From: Macrostomum lignano
Taxonomy: Eukaryota
NCBI GenBank assembly: GCA_002269645.1
Contig: NIVC01001504.1
Span: forward strand, 1 to 64,000
DNA length: 64,000 bases
Reading direction: 5' to 3'
In this document: positions 32,926-51,430 of the stretch, piece after piece
Layout of the letters: the number at the start of each line of letters is the position of its first letter
Position numbering within the stretch: position 1 is the first letter of the stretch
The notes under the pieces: generated by a model
Database searches by the model: none
The model's input: the letters and a program-made list of their open reading frames with translations, nothing else
What the model was told of the DNA's origin: nothing
Translations under genes and position numbers: made by a program

Positions 32926-35900
32926 TTGAGAGAAAGCCCTATAGAACAGGCATTTTAAATCAATGATTATTGCCATGCCCATAAGCTCAAATATTATAGA
33001 CACAGTCGCCATGCCTATAAGTACTCCATTCATAATAACCTAAGCTATTGGCTATGAACTGACTTGGTAACTAATTAAATTAAAAATCTTTGATTTTCAA
33101 ATTAAAAACTCAAAAGTATATACTATATTTTAGGCCTACCAAAATTAAAAAAAAATTTATTGATATAATCTATATCATTTATTAAATAAACCATAGGCCT
33201 AGTACTATATTTATTATAAATAAGATTATTCGGCATAGTTCTAGTTTACATTGTTATATTCCAAACCCCTACCCTTGAATAGAGAGCGAAATAATTTAAC
33301 GCAGTGAACTAGAACTATGCCGATTATTCTAGTCTACTGCAATGCATAGAATTTTAAATTATACTCTAGTATATTTTTTACTCCAAGTCCAACCCTATTC
33401 AATATTTAATTACAACATTGTATAAAATTTAGGTATATATATTATATAGAAGATTTAAATACATTAAGACAAGTGGTTATTTTTTTGCTTTTTATTTGCC
33501 TAGTTAAAATCAAATTTTAATAGTTAAAATCACTAGACCTACTAGGCTAACAAACATCAATCAGTTGTCATTATTGGCAAACTGTGTTTGGGTATGTCAA
33601 AACAATTTGATGGTCTATGCATTTAGATGCTAATTCCTACCAGTGTTTTACACAAAATTATTGTAACTCAAATTCATGTTGGGAGGAACAATTAACTATA
33701 AAACGATTTAGTTTTTCGCAGCCACGCTTTTTAAAAAAGCCGATTTTATTAGAAGTAAAAAACGGCTATGCAACTTTAAATCCGTAAGATTTAAAGCTCG
33801 CCCAGAATGTTTTTCGAGGATTATTGCTTTCGGTTTCGGAGCTAACGCATAAAAAATGCACAACTTCCAGTCAAGTTAAAACTTGTATTTATATTATTCA
33901 TATGTATTTTCCATTGGCGCAGTTTCAAAAGTGAGAGGGGGCATATCGCCCCACGCCCCCCCCCTTTGTTCCTACGCCTATGGTGTATTCAGATCAAAGC
34001 AAAAGCATGAACTATTTCTATTTGGAAGGATTTCCGTTTTTACAACCAGGTCCGGCCAGCCCGGCCGCCCGTTCATTCCACTAATTTTTTGCTGAAAGAA
34101 CCTGCATGCCATCTGCAGTGTGTGCTTGAGTTCGTCCTTGGTGCTTGATTGATAAAAATGGTCTTAAAAAGTTGTAGATTCTCTTTATTTTACTTTTGCG
34201 AGTCACAGGTACAATCTTTTTATAACATGTGTACTGGTTGTGACTCGGCCTGCTGATCAAACTTGCTATAGCATGCAGAGACTCTCTTCAGCAGCGGACG
34301 AGCCTGATCGAGATATGATATCGCTTCAGTCCGCTGGCCGGACTGCATGACTTCAGTAAGTGAGCGTAAGGTCGAACACTCAACTGTTTTCTTTCTTCAG
34401 AGAACGGTGATTACAAACCACAGACATGAATCGAGGCAGAGCGGGCGGCCAGAGCTTTTGCAGTGCGTGTACTCGCAGTTGACTGAGTTGTCCAGACAAG
34501 TCTTAAAAGCTATAGGCGCACTCTCCGCTCATAGAAAAAAATTATTTACATGTATTTCATGGGACCCCGCACCCCAAACCTCTTTGGGTTTGAGATTAGG
34601 GCCACAAATGTTTTCCCGGCCCTTGTTGATTGGTCGCTACGAATCGCGCGTGGCGAGCGATAGGTATAGCGATAGCGAATCAAATCATAACTTGTGTAAT
34701 TGGAGGAACGCAGAGCAGGCAGTCCAGCCCAATCACAACAGAATAATGGGGGTGGGTCGGTCGCAGGGCTGGCGCGTAAACAACTTAGCATTTGGGGGTC
34801 ATCACGCATACATGCAATGCGGGGGGGTATATACAACAACAACAACAAACTACAGCAACCCTGGGCAAGCCAATTAAGTTGGGTTGCTGTCAAAATGCAC
34901 GCGCAAGCGCAGATTTGCGCAGAGTAGCGAGTCCGCGGGGTCGGAGATTTCAGCGTCTCTTAAAAGCAGGTTGACGAAACGCAGACTTCTCGCCTGACCA
35001 AGCCGCCGCGGCCCTTGAAGGGATAGCAGCAGCACGTCTTGAAGCGGCTCAGGGCAGTACTGCTCTGTCCGGATGACGTGGCCGGCCAGCTGTAGGCGCC
35101 GGATGCGCAGCAGCTGGCTGGGTCGGGGGGTACACGCATGTGAGGAAGGTGCAATGACGAGTGCACCCGCACTGAGGGCTGAGTAGATCGCTCAACAGTG
35201 CAAGCGCACACTAGCACACAACACATGCAAGGACCACACGTAAAACAGTTTTATACTGTGGTTATTTACTCTTATACTCGTATATTTATTTACACACGTA
35301 TATTTATGGTTGACATTTTTTGTGTTTGTCGATTGAAATATTTTTTGCATAAAATTGACCCTTAGATACATGTATGTATCTAGCCTGCAGGGTGATCGAT
35401 GATGTGCACACTGCAATGCCCCCTCCACCTGGCAGAGTGAGTTGTTGAGTGAGTTAAGGCCGGCAGCTTATATATGCGTGCAAGTTTTCGTTTGTGTCGC
35501 CGCTCGCGGTTGCGACCAGATTCTTTTACATGAAGCCACGCTTCTGCACGTACATTTGATATTTATATTGCTTTAACTTTACTACTTGCGAGTAGGCATG
35601 GGTGCATGAACTTCTTTAGAAAGTTTGTGGGGCCAGCACGCAGAGTTTACAGTCAATACGCTTTGAATAACGCGACGTCAACAACTGATTAGGCTTGACA
35701 AAAGGTATATTTTTTACTGCAGCGGCCCGGCCGCAATTGTCAGCAGTGAAAGAAGTTGAGCTCACTAGCGATCGGCTCTTACAAGCGTCGAAAGTCGTAC
35801 TAAGGCGAGCCCCAAATGTCCATTGACAATCCATAGACAATAGACAGTTCATTGTTTGCATACACTAACGGTATTATTGTACGACTGTAAAAAGCCGCAA

Positions 35901-36092
35901 CAATTTAGTACAGTTAATACATGTACTGTTTACAGTCTACAGTTTACATGTATAAAACATTTATTTCATGTATTAAAACAGTATTTATTGTTTTAAAGAT
36001 ACATGTAAAAAATAGAATCAATTATTCACACGGTTAATTCGAGGTCTCCCAGTACAAAACAAACCTGTTTAAATTGCAAGACAAAACTCAAT

Positions 36093-36140
36093 ATTATTTG
36101 CGACGCGTTTCGGCTAAAACTAGCCATCTTCAGGCACTAT
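36093..36140 (-). ncRNA. Minimal type I hammerhead ribozyme-like motif (Penelope-like element type), probably decayed
   Basis: Minus strand: TGC-CTGAAGA-T-GGCTA-GTTT-TAGCC-GAAA-CGCG-TC/GCA. Core CUGAnGA and GAAA, 5-bp stem II, palindromic ACGCGT helix III, GUC cleavage triplet at 36104-36102. Stem I has only 3 bp. Confidence 0.6.
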
Positions 36141-37854
36141 CGAACAGAATTTATTTCAACCTATTAAATACTGTGTAGACGACAAAATCAGGTATTGAAA
36201 AAGCTTGAAGTATTGAAAAAATTGTTTAAATTGCGTTTTAAAGCTCAATAGCCCGAGTCGGACTCAGCTATACTGTGCCTCTTCATCGCTAAAAAGTTCC
36301 CAGTTAACATGGCCGAGCCTTAAGCTGATGAAGCTGGGGCCTAATACCGAGCTGCAGCGGCCCCCTCCGGCAGCAACTCCTGCTGTGCGACTCGGGGGAC
36401 GCGGACTGCAGCGAAGTCCCCGCTGCTGCTAGCTGCTGCTGCACACGCCGACTTAAGTCAGTCACCGCAATGAATTTTTCATAGAGTTAATTACGCATTA
36501 TTGTCGGCTTATGCGCCGCGTGTAAGTCGCTTCGAATTACCGTCACCCCCGCTGCCCATCTCCGCTCGGACCGCCAGCCCCCGCCCCCGCCCGCTAAGCC
36601 GCGCGGAGGAGGCGAAGTAAATGAATAAATAAATCAATAAATTATATTAGCGGCCTAATTTCATTTTCACATCGCCGGATCATTCGATGCCTTGGGAGGC
36701 TGGCAGCCCCTGCCTCATCCACTCCCGTCCGCCTCATCTCGGCCCCATTGCGCCTCGCGTTGCCAAGGACGCCTCGCAAGGACTAAGGGGATCGAGAAGC
36801 AAGAGAGAAAAACTTCCCCTATGCCTGTTAAGTCGCCTAAGTCGCAGGGTCTGGGAGAAGTAATCCTATCGAGCAACTACCGAAGTGCTCAAGGTGGCCT
36901 AAAATTCAGTTGGCAAAAAAATTAAACAATGGGCAGTTTTTGCTCTCAATTGGGATCCGCCTCTTCACGTGCCAGGGGGTGATTGGCGCCCCCGTTCACC
37001 GTCTCACAATGGGAAACTGTGGTGGCAACTCAACCGAGACGAGCTCGAGCAAGCTCGGGAATCAGGGGGACCCTGCTCCCAATTAATTGTTGAGGTGGGC
37101 GGCCCCGCGACCCCGCGGCTCAGTCGAGGGTTTCTCCGCGCCGGTCCGTTCGTTAATTGGCCGCGCAGTGAAAGCCGCGGGGCCCGGAAATCCCCGGCTT
37201 GATTGGGGAAAAGTGATTTTCTACTCAAAACTATTTGCCCGCTAATCACTGTTTATTCCCGAGCCACGGTGAGTGACGCCTCGTCATTAATGCGTATTAA
37301 ACAGCAGCCCTTCATTAGCGATTGAGCTCAGACTCGCCAGGCTTTGTTTTGGGTTCCCCGCTGCTCCACTCAGCGCTGAGGGGAAGCTGGGAATGAGATG
37401 AAGCTAATGAGAAACAATTCATTCCATTCAATAAAGCTGCTCGCCTCTCAGGGGCGGCCGGTCACGGAAGCAGTTTTTGTGTTTTTAGCAATGAGGCCAT
37501 CGGTTGCAGCCCTGCTGAGCTTTCTCAACTCTTGAGTGCTCAAGGCGGCCACTTCACACCGAATAACTCGGGCCTCTTGGTGCAGCAATTAGTATTGCTT
37601 CTGCTTTTATTTCACAGGAAAAGCTGATTGAATAGAGTGGAGTGTACAGACTCAGGGGTCGAGGCCCCGCTAGCATGCCAGTTCACGGGTGCAGCGGGCT
37701 TACAGGTGAATTGCGCATAGGTGGGATGGGCCTGGCTGTCTATACAGTGCGTGCTGTGTGCGCAGGTGCGCAGCGCGGGTTGTGGATGCTCAGTTTCTGT
37801 CGGACACTCAAGTTGAGAGTCTGCTAGGCTGCGGTACAGCTGACTGCCAGACAG

Positions 37855-41272
<3,418 letters not shown>

Positions 41273-42281
41273 GTCGGCAGGCCTGCGGGAGCCGTGAAAT
41301 CACGCACAAAACACAGGATGTAAAAAGCAGCAAAAATAGACACAAAATCCCCATCAGCCGCTGAAATTCGATAGTGGAGAAACCCGATTTCTGCTGCCAG
41401 CACTGGGGACTCCAAAGCTGTTTGCATTTCCGAATCGAATTCGGAGGCATCAGCCAAGGCCTGTCAATCCGCGCTGTCCACCCACCTGTCCGGCGGAGGA
41501 AATCTTACACTTGGAAAGAAGAAGCTGGAAAGTCGGCGGTCGCGGGCCTGGATGAAGCTGGGGGTGCCTTGACTTGCTGACTCCCCGATGCCAAATCCCT
41601 CGGAGCACACAGGCGCAGACAGGCGCAGACAGGCGCAGACAGGCGATCTTCAACTCACCGGATTTCAAGTCAGAGATCGGAGAGTGCCGGGAGGATCTGC
41701 TGTTGGGGCAGCTCGAGGCGTCGAGTTTTTGGTCGGCCGCCTCCCCTGCCGCGCCTCCTGATTAAATTGGCGGCCGGGCCGGGCGGGCCGGCCAATCAGC
41801 CAATCCGAGGTGGGGGCCGATGAGCAAATTTGAGCAAATCAAGCGGCTGGGCGGGGCTGGCAAATCGCGATTAGCCGCAGATTTCCTGCCCGGCTTCCTA
41901 AACAAATCACCGCGTAGTCGCGTTAGGGGACCGGCCGGAGTCCAATCTCGGCCAGGCGGCGGCCCGTTAATCTGATGAGGCGGTGAACCGGGCCTGTAAT
42001 TGCATTCCTGCCGCACCGCCCGGCCAAAATTGGGAGGGGACGCCGGCGCCGATCGGATTTGAAACCAGGGCGCGAATTGCGGGCTGCCCGTGCAGGCGGC
42101 TCATGCGCGAATGTGATTTCTTGACGCCCCACAGAGCACCGGGCAGCAGGATGAGGCTCTGGAGGAGGCTGCGCCACCACTGGCAAGTAGACGTTGAGCC
42201 GCTCCTAACTCTGCACTCCTGTTTTAAAAGAAATTCAAGCATTTTTGTCTTTGACTTAACTGCTCCACTTTCCTATGATGA

Positions 42282-42850
42282 AGCTACTCCACTGCCTGTG
42301 AAGCTACTCCACTGCCTGTGAAGCTACTCCACTGCCTGTGAAGCTACTCCACTGCCTGTGAAGCTACTCCACTGCCTGTGAAGCTACTCCACTGCCTGTG
42401 AAGCTACTCCACTGCCTGTGAAGCTACTCCACTGCCTGTGAAGCTACTCCACTGCCTGTGAAGCTACTCCACTGCCTGTGAAGCTACTCCACTGCCTGTG
42501 AAGCTACTCCACTGCCTGTGAAGCTACTCCACTGCCTGTGAAGCTACTCCACTGCCTGTGAAGCTACTCCACTGGCTGTGAAGCTACTCCACTGCCTGTG
42601 AAGCTACTCCACTGCCTATTAAGCTACTCCACTGCCTATTAAGCTACTCCACTGCCTGTGAAGCTACTCCACTGCCTATTAAGCTACTCCACTGCCTATT
42701 AAGCTACTCCACTGCCTGTGAAGCTACTCCACTGCCTATGAAGCTACTCCACTGCCTGTGAAGCTACTCCACTGCCTGTGAAGCTACTCCACTCACTGCC
42801 TATTAAGCTACTCCACTGGCTATCAAGCTACTCCACTGCCTGTGAAGCTA
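42282..42850. repeat. Minisatellite, 20-bp unit TGAAGCTACTCCACTGCCTG
   Basis: About 28 near-perfect copies, followed by a 10-bp GCGGACAGAA-type repeat (~42870-42990). Confidence 0.95.
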
Positions 42851-43894
42851 CAGTGTTGACAAGCAGAGGAAGCCAGACACGGACAGAGGCAGACAGAAGC
42901 GGACAGAGGCGGACAGAAGCGGACAGAAGCGGACAAAAGTGGACAGAAGCGGACAGAGGCGGACAGAGGCAGATAGAGGAGAGCAGAGGCTGACAGAGGC
43001 CTGTATCCGCGTCCTCCTCAGGCAACCCCAACATTCTCAAATCCCAGGTGCTGTCCGAGTCCATCGATCCGAGCCGCTGAGCCGCTGGAGCACCGCAGCC
43101 GCGAACATTCACCGCCACCGCGGACCCGAGGCCGCTGCCGTGACTCAGCAGCGGGGGGGGATTGAAATCCCGGGGCGGGCGGGGCTCAGGGTGGGCAGAT
43201 TGGATGATGACATTTGCAAATCCCCTCTCAGGTAGAAAAGGCCTCGGGTCGCTGGGGATTTGGCCGGAGCTCCGAGCGGATTAGAAGGAAAACTTTATTA
43301 CTGTCCATTTAATGGCAGATTACGGGAGCGAGCAGCGAATCAGAGATCATCAATAAGATCAAATTAATTCACGTGCAGCCACGGGATGAAGCAGGGAGGC
43401 TGGCACAGCGAGAGGCTGTAGAGAGGATGAGACCTGAGCTCGAACTCATCTACTAAGGCGGATTTGGGAGCTGGGGCAGGTTGGAGAATGGGAAGATCTC
43501 CCCAGACTCAGGTGGTGATGGGCTGGGACACAATTAAGATTAAAGGCGAGAGCCAGGGGATTTTGGACCCGGCTGAGCCGGGGCTGGCGCCAAATTGAAC
43601 TGGGGGGGGGGGCGGTGTTTAGCGAAACTGTTCGACCAAGAAGTTTGCCAGCGAGCGGCGGCGGGGCCGGGCGCGGCCACGGGCAGATGAGTTTCTGATG
43701 AAATTGTCTATCTGCAGGGCGCAGCCGGCCTGGCCTTGGGGAATTCCGCCTGCCGCTGCTGAAGGCGAGCCTGAAAAATCGCGGCACCAAACTCGAAGCG
43801 GCGACTGACTCGATTTCCGAATTCAATCGGCGGCCGCTGATGCCGGGATGGCGCTGGGAGACATCTGCTGGCCACGGGTCGGCTGAGGGCAGAT

Positions 43895-44572
<678 letters not shown>

Positions 44573-45354
44573 TCAGTCAGACAGACCCCGCACGCGATCC
44601 CCTCCGCCCCGTCACGCCTCGGCGGTCAGCGACAATCGGGCACTCCTGCTCCCAGATTTCGCCGACTCGAGCCCTCGATTTGCTTTCTAGGAAAGCAGTC
44701 TGCGTTGACAACCGAGCTGATGGGGTTTCCCGGCTCCCAGGGGACAGGGGAGAATTCGAAAATGCAGTTATGTGGTGGAGTGGACATTTTTTTAAATAGA
44801 AAAGCAGAAGGCGGAGAAAGTGAAGGCTACAATCGAGTGAGCTCAAAATTCTCGAGAACTCAAAAGCAGATAATAATTTGAGGCTGGGATAGGCATGCTT
44901 GACAGGCGGGGGGGGGGGTCGCCGACTCCGGTTGCGTAACCTGTGAGCTGAAGGCGGCAATTTTCTCAGCTGCCAGCCCCGCCCTCCATCACCGCGAGCT
45001 CTATGACTCTGAGCTGTTGCACCCTCCACGGCTCTGTTGCTTTCGATATTGTTCGAGCTCGGAGTTGAAAAATCTGTTGAAGCGGGGTGGCGGGCTTCTT
45101 GTAACAGATTTAACTGCCATTAACGAGCTCGGCACGAGGGGCTTCTTAATGGAGAAACATTTAATTGCTGGGGGAGGCTCGAACTCAAACACGAGAGAAT
45201 TCTGACGACCCTTATAACCTTTTTGCTACAGTTCCATTATTATGCTGGAGATTATTGAGTAAAGCAGTTCAAAATTGTAAAACTTGAAAATTCTTGAAGT
45301 TGAAGTCAGGAACGGCTCGGTAGCACCTTTTGGCTGGTTTTTAAATCACCAAAC

Positions 45355-45505
45355 AGACACCTACTTGGCGCCAGACACCTACTTGGCGCCCAGACACCCA
45401 CTTGGCGCCAGACACCCATTTGGCGCCCAGACACCCACTTGGCGCCATACATCCATTTCGCGCCAGACACCCACTTGGCGCCATACATCCATTTCGCGCC
45501 AGACG
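45355..45505. repeat. ~18-19-bp repeat CTTGGCGCCAGACACCCA (possible transposon subterminal array)
   Basis: About 8 variant copies; no partner end identified. Confidence 0.7.
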
Positions 45506-47016
45506 CTTATTTGCCGCACTTCAAATCCAGTCCCCGAGTCTGACAGGCGGAGATGAATTTCCAATGCCAAAACGTTACACTTTTCTATACCCCATTTATC
45601 TAAATCTCAAAATCATAATTTTAGCATTGCGGACTCATTGAGGCGATTGGGGCTGGAATGTAATAATTGCAATCCCAGCTATAGGCCTGCTTGAGTACAG
45701 TGTATCCAAACTGCTGCGAACTCAGCTTATTAATCCCCAGGCTCAATACCGCCGCCATGCCTCTACAGGGAAGAGCAGCCATTGGCAAACAATCAAAACT
45801 GATTACCCGCCTCAACCGATTGCGACAATTGTCTCAAATTGACAGGTGAGGCCGTGCACTCATTAGAATGCGTGTCGGGGTGGATGGGGCTTGGGACTAT
45901 GCGATGGAGCTCCTCGCAGACTCCCGGATCCCTGAGGCGTTTTTGATGGCGCTTGGGGGTCCCGCAGCGCACGTGGCCGCCGCCACTTCAACTCGGGCGA
46001 GGTCTGTCGGGAGAAAGTTCCTCTCGGCCCCCCGTCAGCATTATTTTTATAAATTTATCAATCTTGTTGGGAAATTTCTCCCAATAAATGCCCCGAGGCT
46101 GGAGCAGTTGAATAGAGAGATGGGAAGCAGAGGAGCCACCCGCTGAACTCAGGCAAGTTTAGTGGCTAATTTGCCAAAAACAATCCGTTGAGTCGGACTC
46201 TTCCGTTTGATGAAGGATGCTGGGCGCAGTGAAACTCGTAGTGAAAAAATGAAAAAAAATGCTAAGCTGCATTTATCGCAGTCGGCTGCGCTCCCAGTTT
46301 GTTTGCTCCCGGCCCTCACTTGCACCACGGGATAGCTGGCAAAAAACTGCTCTTCTGAGCGCGATGAAGCCGCCAGCAGATCATGCGGAAGGAAATTCCA
46401 ATGCGCCCAAATTGATTGGCATCAGTGGGCGGGCGATCCCGGGATTCTATGGGCAAAAAGGGGATTTCGCACCGACTGAAGGCACAGCCTCCGGCCGAGA
46501 TCACAATCTTGATGGCGGAGCCTTTCTGGGCGTGGCCGCGTAAGAAAAAAAACAGGCATGCGATGAAGCGAGAAGCAGAATGTGTAACTTGATTTCCCCA
46601 TCAGTCGGTTTTGCTGCTCGAAGTGAGACGATCAGAAAATTGAGTGAAGCGAGTGCCTTAACGGCCTTGCAGTTCCTTATCGATTCAGCTGGGATTGAAT
46701 GAAATTGAGGCTCACATTAGCAAAAGCTGCAAAAGATGTAGAAGCGATTCAAATCAAATAGCCTGACGCCTGCAGTCTGCGGCACAATGGAGCAATAATG
46801 AGCGGCATTTCGAGCGGGCGTGGCATTTCAAACTGCTCGGAGTTATCCGTCAATTTTTGATTTTTTATCCCCACTTTGGGAGCTGCAATATTGACTTTAG
46901 AATTTTTGTGTCGCAAGTTGACACCGACAATTACTTCATCGTTTTGTCTTTTTGAAAGCTTTGCCCACTGACTCAGAAATCGAGACTTACTGCAGTCATT
47001 TCTTTTTTGCCACAGA

Positions 47017-47252
47017 CAGGGGCGTCGCCATAAATTTTATGGTGAGGGGGGGACAAAGCCAAGAATTCTACATGTACGTGTCCATGACTACATTCCTACA
47101 TGTACATTATTTTCAGAATCGGTGTTGTCAGCGCTCATCATTTTTAGCGCCGCAGTCACTCATTTTAGCGCCACAGTCACTCATTTTGGCGTCGCAGTCA
47201 CTCATTTTAGCGCCGCATTTAGTCCCTGTCCCCCCCCCGGTGGCGGCCCCTG
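47017..47252. mobile_element. Small hAT-like MITE
   Basis: Termini CAGGGGCGTCGCCA...TGGCGGCCCCTG; internal 20-bp repeats TTTAGCGCC(A/G)CAGTCACTCA; flanks GCCACAGA and CAAACAGA match at only 5 of 8 positions. Confidence 0.5.
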
Positions 47253-50200
47253 CAAACAGATATTTAGTTTACAGTTTGTTTTCAGGAGGCAAAGGCGGGG
47301 TTCAGCAAGCCCCGAGTAGTACAGTATGGAATTGAAGATCTAATATATATATAGCCAGTAATTATCAGTGCAGTGCAGTATACCAGCTAGCAGATACATA
47401 CAGCATGTATGCGGTCTGCAATACAAGGACCTGCAATACAGTGGTCCTTGCTGCAATACTGAAGGTCATCTGAAGGTAGCATCCTCTATTTTCCTTTGGC
47501 TTCAGCCGCAGTCTCCTGTCGTCCTGTCGTCAGTCATCCCGCATGACGATTCCTATACTGCAAAACCTTCAGGCTGCTGGACAACAGACTGGCAACAGCT
47601 AGCTGAAGACCTATTCAGGACAAATTATTTAGAGCTGATACATGTACATGTGCCTCCAATCCGGCAGGCTACACATGCAACATATCGAAGTAGTACATGT
47701 TAGCAAATGCAATGTCAAATCCACTCCTTAGTACTTTTTAAGAGTACGGAAGGAAATTGGCAATGCAAAGTGTAAAAAAGCATTGAAGCTTGAGGGAAAA
47801 TTTAAAAAGTTAAATATTGGTAAAGCATTGCTTTGCCCCATCTTGCAGTATTAGAATTTGTGACGCTAGCGTTAATTTTGGAAAAAAAGTATTCGTTTTT
47901 TACGATGTATTATTACTTTTTTAAATTAAGGAAATTTGGTTATTAAATGCAGTGGTGGAATTTTTCTAATACTAATAATTCTATTACTATTAATATATAA
48001 GGATTTTCTAATTGCTTTGACCATGTTTCCAAGTTGGGATTGCAAATTTTATACTACTTACTCACGCTGCAGTTAGGTGCGAATTCGAAATGCTTATACA
48101 TGTGTACATTGTATAACCTACAATACATTGAATAATGAATGCAATATACAATGCATGAATCATTAATCATTAATGCAAGTCAGCAAGGATGCCATAACTA
48201 TGTAAAAATAAAAAGTAATTTAGTCACAGATCAGGCCTTATACCCTAACTTCAGCCTAAGAAGCTTTGAAGAGATATAATCAAACAAAGTAGAATTAGGA
48301 TTATTATAATGGGCTATTCTGTATGAAAGATTCCTGTGTTGGGTTGAGTGGGATTGCTATAACTGTCTAGTCTCTAGACTAGAGTCTTGTCTAGACCTAT
48401 TTATTATATTAGGCCATAATTAAGCTAAACCTACACTTAAATACTTATTTTCTAAAGTCTAAATAATAAATTGAATAGTAAAAATAAAAAACATGCCATG
48501 TTTTAGTTACATTGTATTGGTTTAATAAAACATCAAACTAGGCTTGATGCATTAGTTAATTAAAACAATATTGCTAAAGTAGTATAGGCACCTTTAAAAA
48601 ATAGATGCAGACAACATAAAATGTAAGTGTAATATACTGAAATCTAGCAGTCTATTAAAATTTTTGAAATATATGTTTTCTGATTTTGAGCCTTTGATAT
48701 TTTATTTTCTTTGCCTTCTACTTCGATATTTGTATATATTTGTAATAAAAAGGGTGAGAATTGGTGAGACAGTCTCAAATTTGAACCAATTTTAAAATTT
48801 AATGTTTTTGTTATAATTTATAATAAATACAATCTACAATGTATAAATGATAAATGATAAATAGAAATGAAAAAAATATATATGAAAGATCTCAAGTTAT
48901 TTTTCTATGCATTATGATAATTTTATATAATTGTCTATTGTTTTTTAGTCAAGAATAACATTTATAATAAACGCTTTTAGAAGCTTTAAATTATAATTTA
49001 TAGAGCAAATATGATACAAATTATAGAATACAATTATATAAAGTATATTAGCTATCATAAAAATGTTGTCAACTACAATTGTGTAATGATAACTATGACA
49101 ACTATGATAACTATGATATCAACTATGATTATGATTATATAACTGGCTAGCTATCAGTCATTTCAACAAGAAGTCACTTCGCTGACAACAAGAATTGATA
49201 TATTCTAAATAATTCGGCTAAATAATTAATGGACTATATTACATAGACTTAGACCCAAACCAATATCCAATTTAAAACTTTTATTAATTTTAACACATTA
49301 AAGTTCAAGTTTGTTCAAAGTCCATAAAATATATATTCTGGTCTATAAATTAGAAAATATCAAAATGGCATTAGCCTGGGTCCAAGACTGAGTGTATAAA
49401 TTAACTATAACAGAGAATTTGCAGAAATGGCTTAACATTATTGCCAGAATGACTGTCACCAAAATGTCTTGTTACTGAAGTGTCCACTGCCAAAATGTCT
49501 TGTTGCCAAAGTGACTAGTAGCCAACATCAACACTGAATATTATACAATAAGCCAAAGAAGTAATTAAAATTAAGCACAAGTTATTCCAAAGATGTTGCT
49601 TGCTATTGATATAGTCAAGCTAGCCAAAACAAGTGTAATTTATGCTATCTATCCATTATACTAATTAGGCCCTAGTTAGAATATTTAAACAAGTGAAAAG
49701 CTAGCTTTAGTCTAGATTATAGATCATAGTTCAAATTTAACAGTTTGCAATGTCACTTTTTGGAATAATTTATAATGGTAGACTTGGTCACTTTCTTTTC
49801 TAACCTCTTCTAAAACTTTAATTGCCAACTCTCTTTCTTTTGCTAGCTTCATTTATCTCATTCTTTTCTTGCTGCTTATCCAAGTGTGGCTATCAAAGCT
49901 CTATGCCAAGCATAAAAGTCAATATTGATATACATGTCAAAAATGAAAATACAGCGCAGTCACTCATTGAGCGGCATATTGATTGTTATTTTTATAAGTC
50001 AATTGGTTGCTTTCAAAAAGGCTCAAGTAAGTAGATAACAATCAATATATAGATTTTTAGTTTTTTTTTCTTTGGAAAAAAGCCTATAAGATCAGAAAAG
50101 ACACACTATTTCTACATTGTTATACGATATTAAGAGAGCAATAAGTACTAATTTGTACAACCTATAATGCCCAAATGTACTTCTTTCCTCTAAAGTATTG

Positions 50201-51430
50201 TTTTTCTTTCCTACCTTTGCTTTTACCTTGTTTTATAGTCAAATAATTTTTTTAGAATATTACAACTTGTTAGCAATCTTTCTTATTTTCCTTACTTTGT
50301 CTATTTACATACTAACCACCTAGTTCAAAAGACTTACTTTACCTTATAATGATTGTGGACAATCAAAACTAGTTGCAAATGATCTGTTTCTCATTGTTTT
50401 TCCTTTTTAATCTTTTCAATTTCAATTTAAGGGAGCTGAAGTCCTTAGGATTGGAGAGGTAAACAACAGAGAGGTTTAGAAAGTTTGAATGCTATGTGCA
50501 CATTGTGGTTAGTTAATAATAGGTTCTAATGTCAATATGAATGTTTTCACTTTTAATTCAGGGGCTCTTAAATCCTTATAGATAGTTTATTAGTTCAGAT
50601 ACAAATGTGGATATGGAAAGGCTATGGGATAAATTTTAAGATATTGCTACACTTGATTAATAGCCATAATAATAGCTATAACAACTAGTTATTAATCTAA
50701 TATACTAAAAATGGTCTGTTTGTGTGTGCGTGTGTGTGTGTGTATGTGTGATCGATTTTAGCAAAAATAATAGCTATATTTATTATCAATAAAACTGTCC
50801 AATATCTAATATGCTATATAAATATTCTATTAATAGCAATTACACATTTGTGTTTGACATTTTTTTCTATAGTAATATTGTCTTAGAAAATGTCTTTAAT
50901 CTTGGCTTATCAAGATCTCATGATAGTTGTAAGTCATTTTTATTCATTAATTAAATCAACAATAAATTTGTAGCAAAGAAGTCTTTGTATAGTGCTTAAA
51001 AAAAGATAAATCTTAAAATCTTGTTTATATAAATAAATTTGGCTAATGCAAAAATCCTTAATGTAGAAATTGAAATTAAAAATTAAAGTCTGCTTTTCAG
51101 ATATGCCAATTAAATTGTTTAAGTCTTTTTCATTTTCAATATTACTTTTTCTGAAAATTATAAACTGGTGCCACAAAAGTCAGTGTCATCAATTACTAAC
51201 TCAAATATTTCAGGGCTAGGCTAGTTATTTTGATAAAATCAATATATTGCCATTAGCTTTTAGAGTTTTCACATGTCTGAAGATAGGAAAGCCAGGGTCG
51301 CTGTACACCTTGTGTACACGTGCGTGCTCAGTGATTAAGCGGAAAAACCATGGCCGCTTGCCTCCTCATTGGCTGTGGGTTGACTGTCTTCGTGAGTCCC
51401 TGAGCCCGCCATGCCGCCGACCCGTTGCAG

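Noticed and set aside
41972-42000. CTGATGA followed by a CGG-TGAA-CCG hairpin
   Set aside because: No GAAA core after stem II, so not a hammerhead.
47595-47640. CTGAAGA-CCT-ATTC-AGG-ACAAA
   Set aside because: GAAA core not intact; at best a heavily decayed motif.
47700-51250. Long AT-rich block
   Set aside because: No ORF, RNA gene or clear repeat boundaries could be supported by eye.
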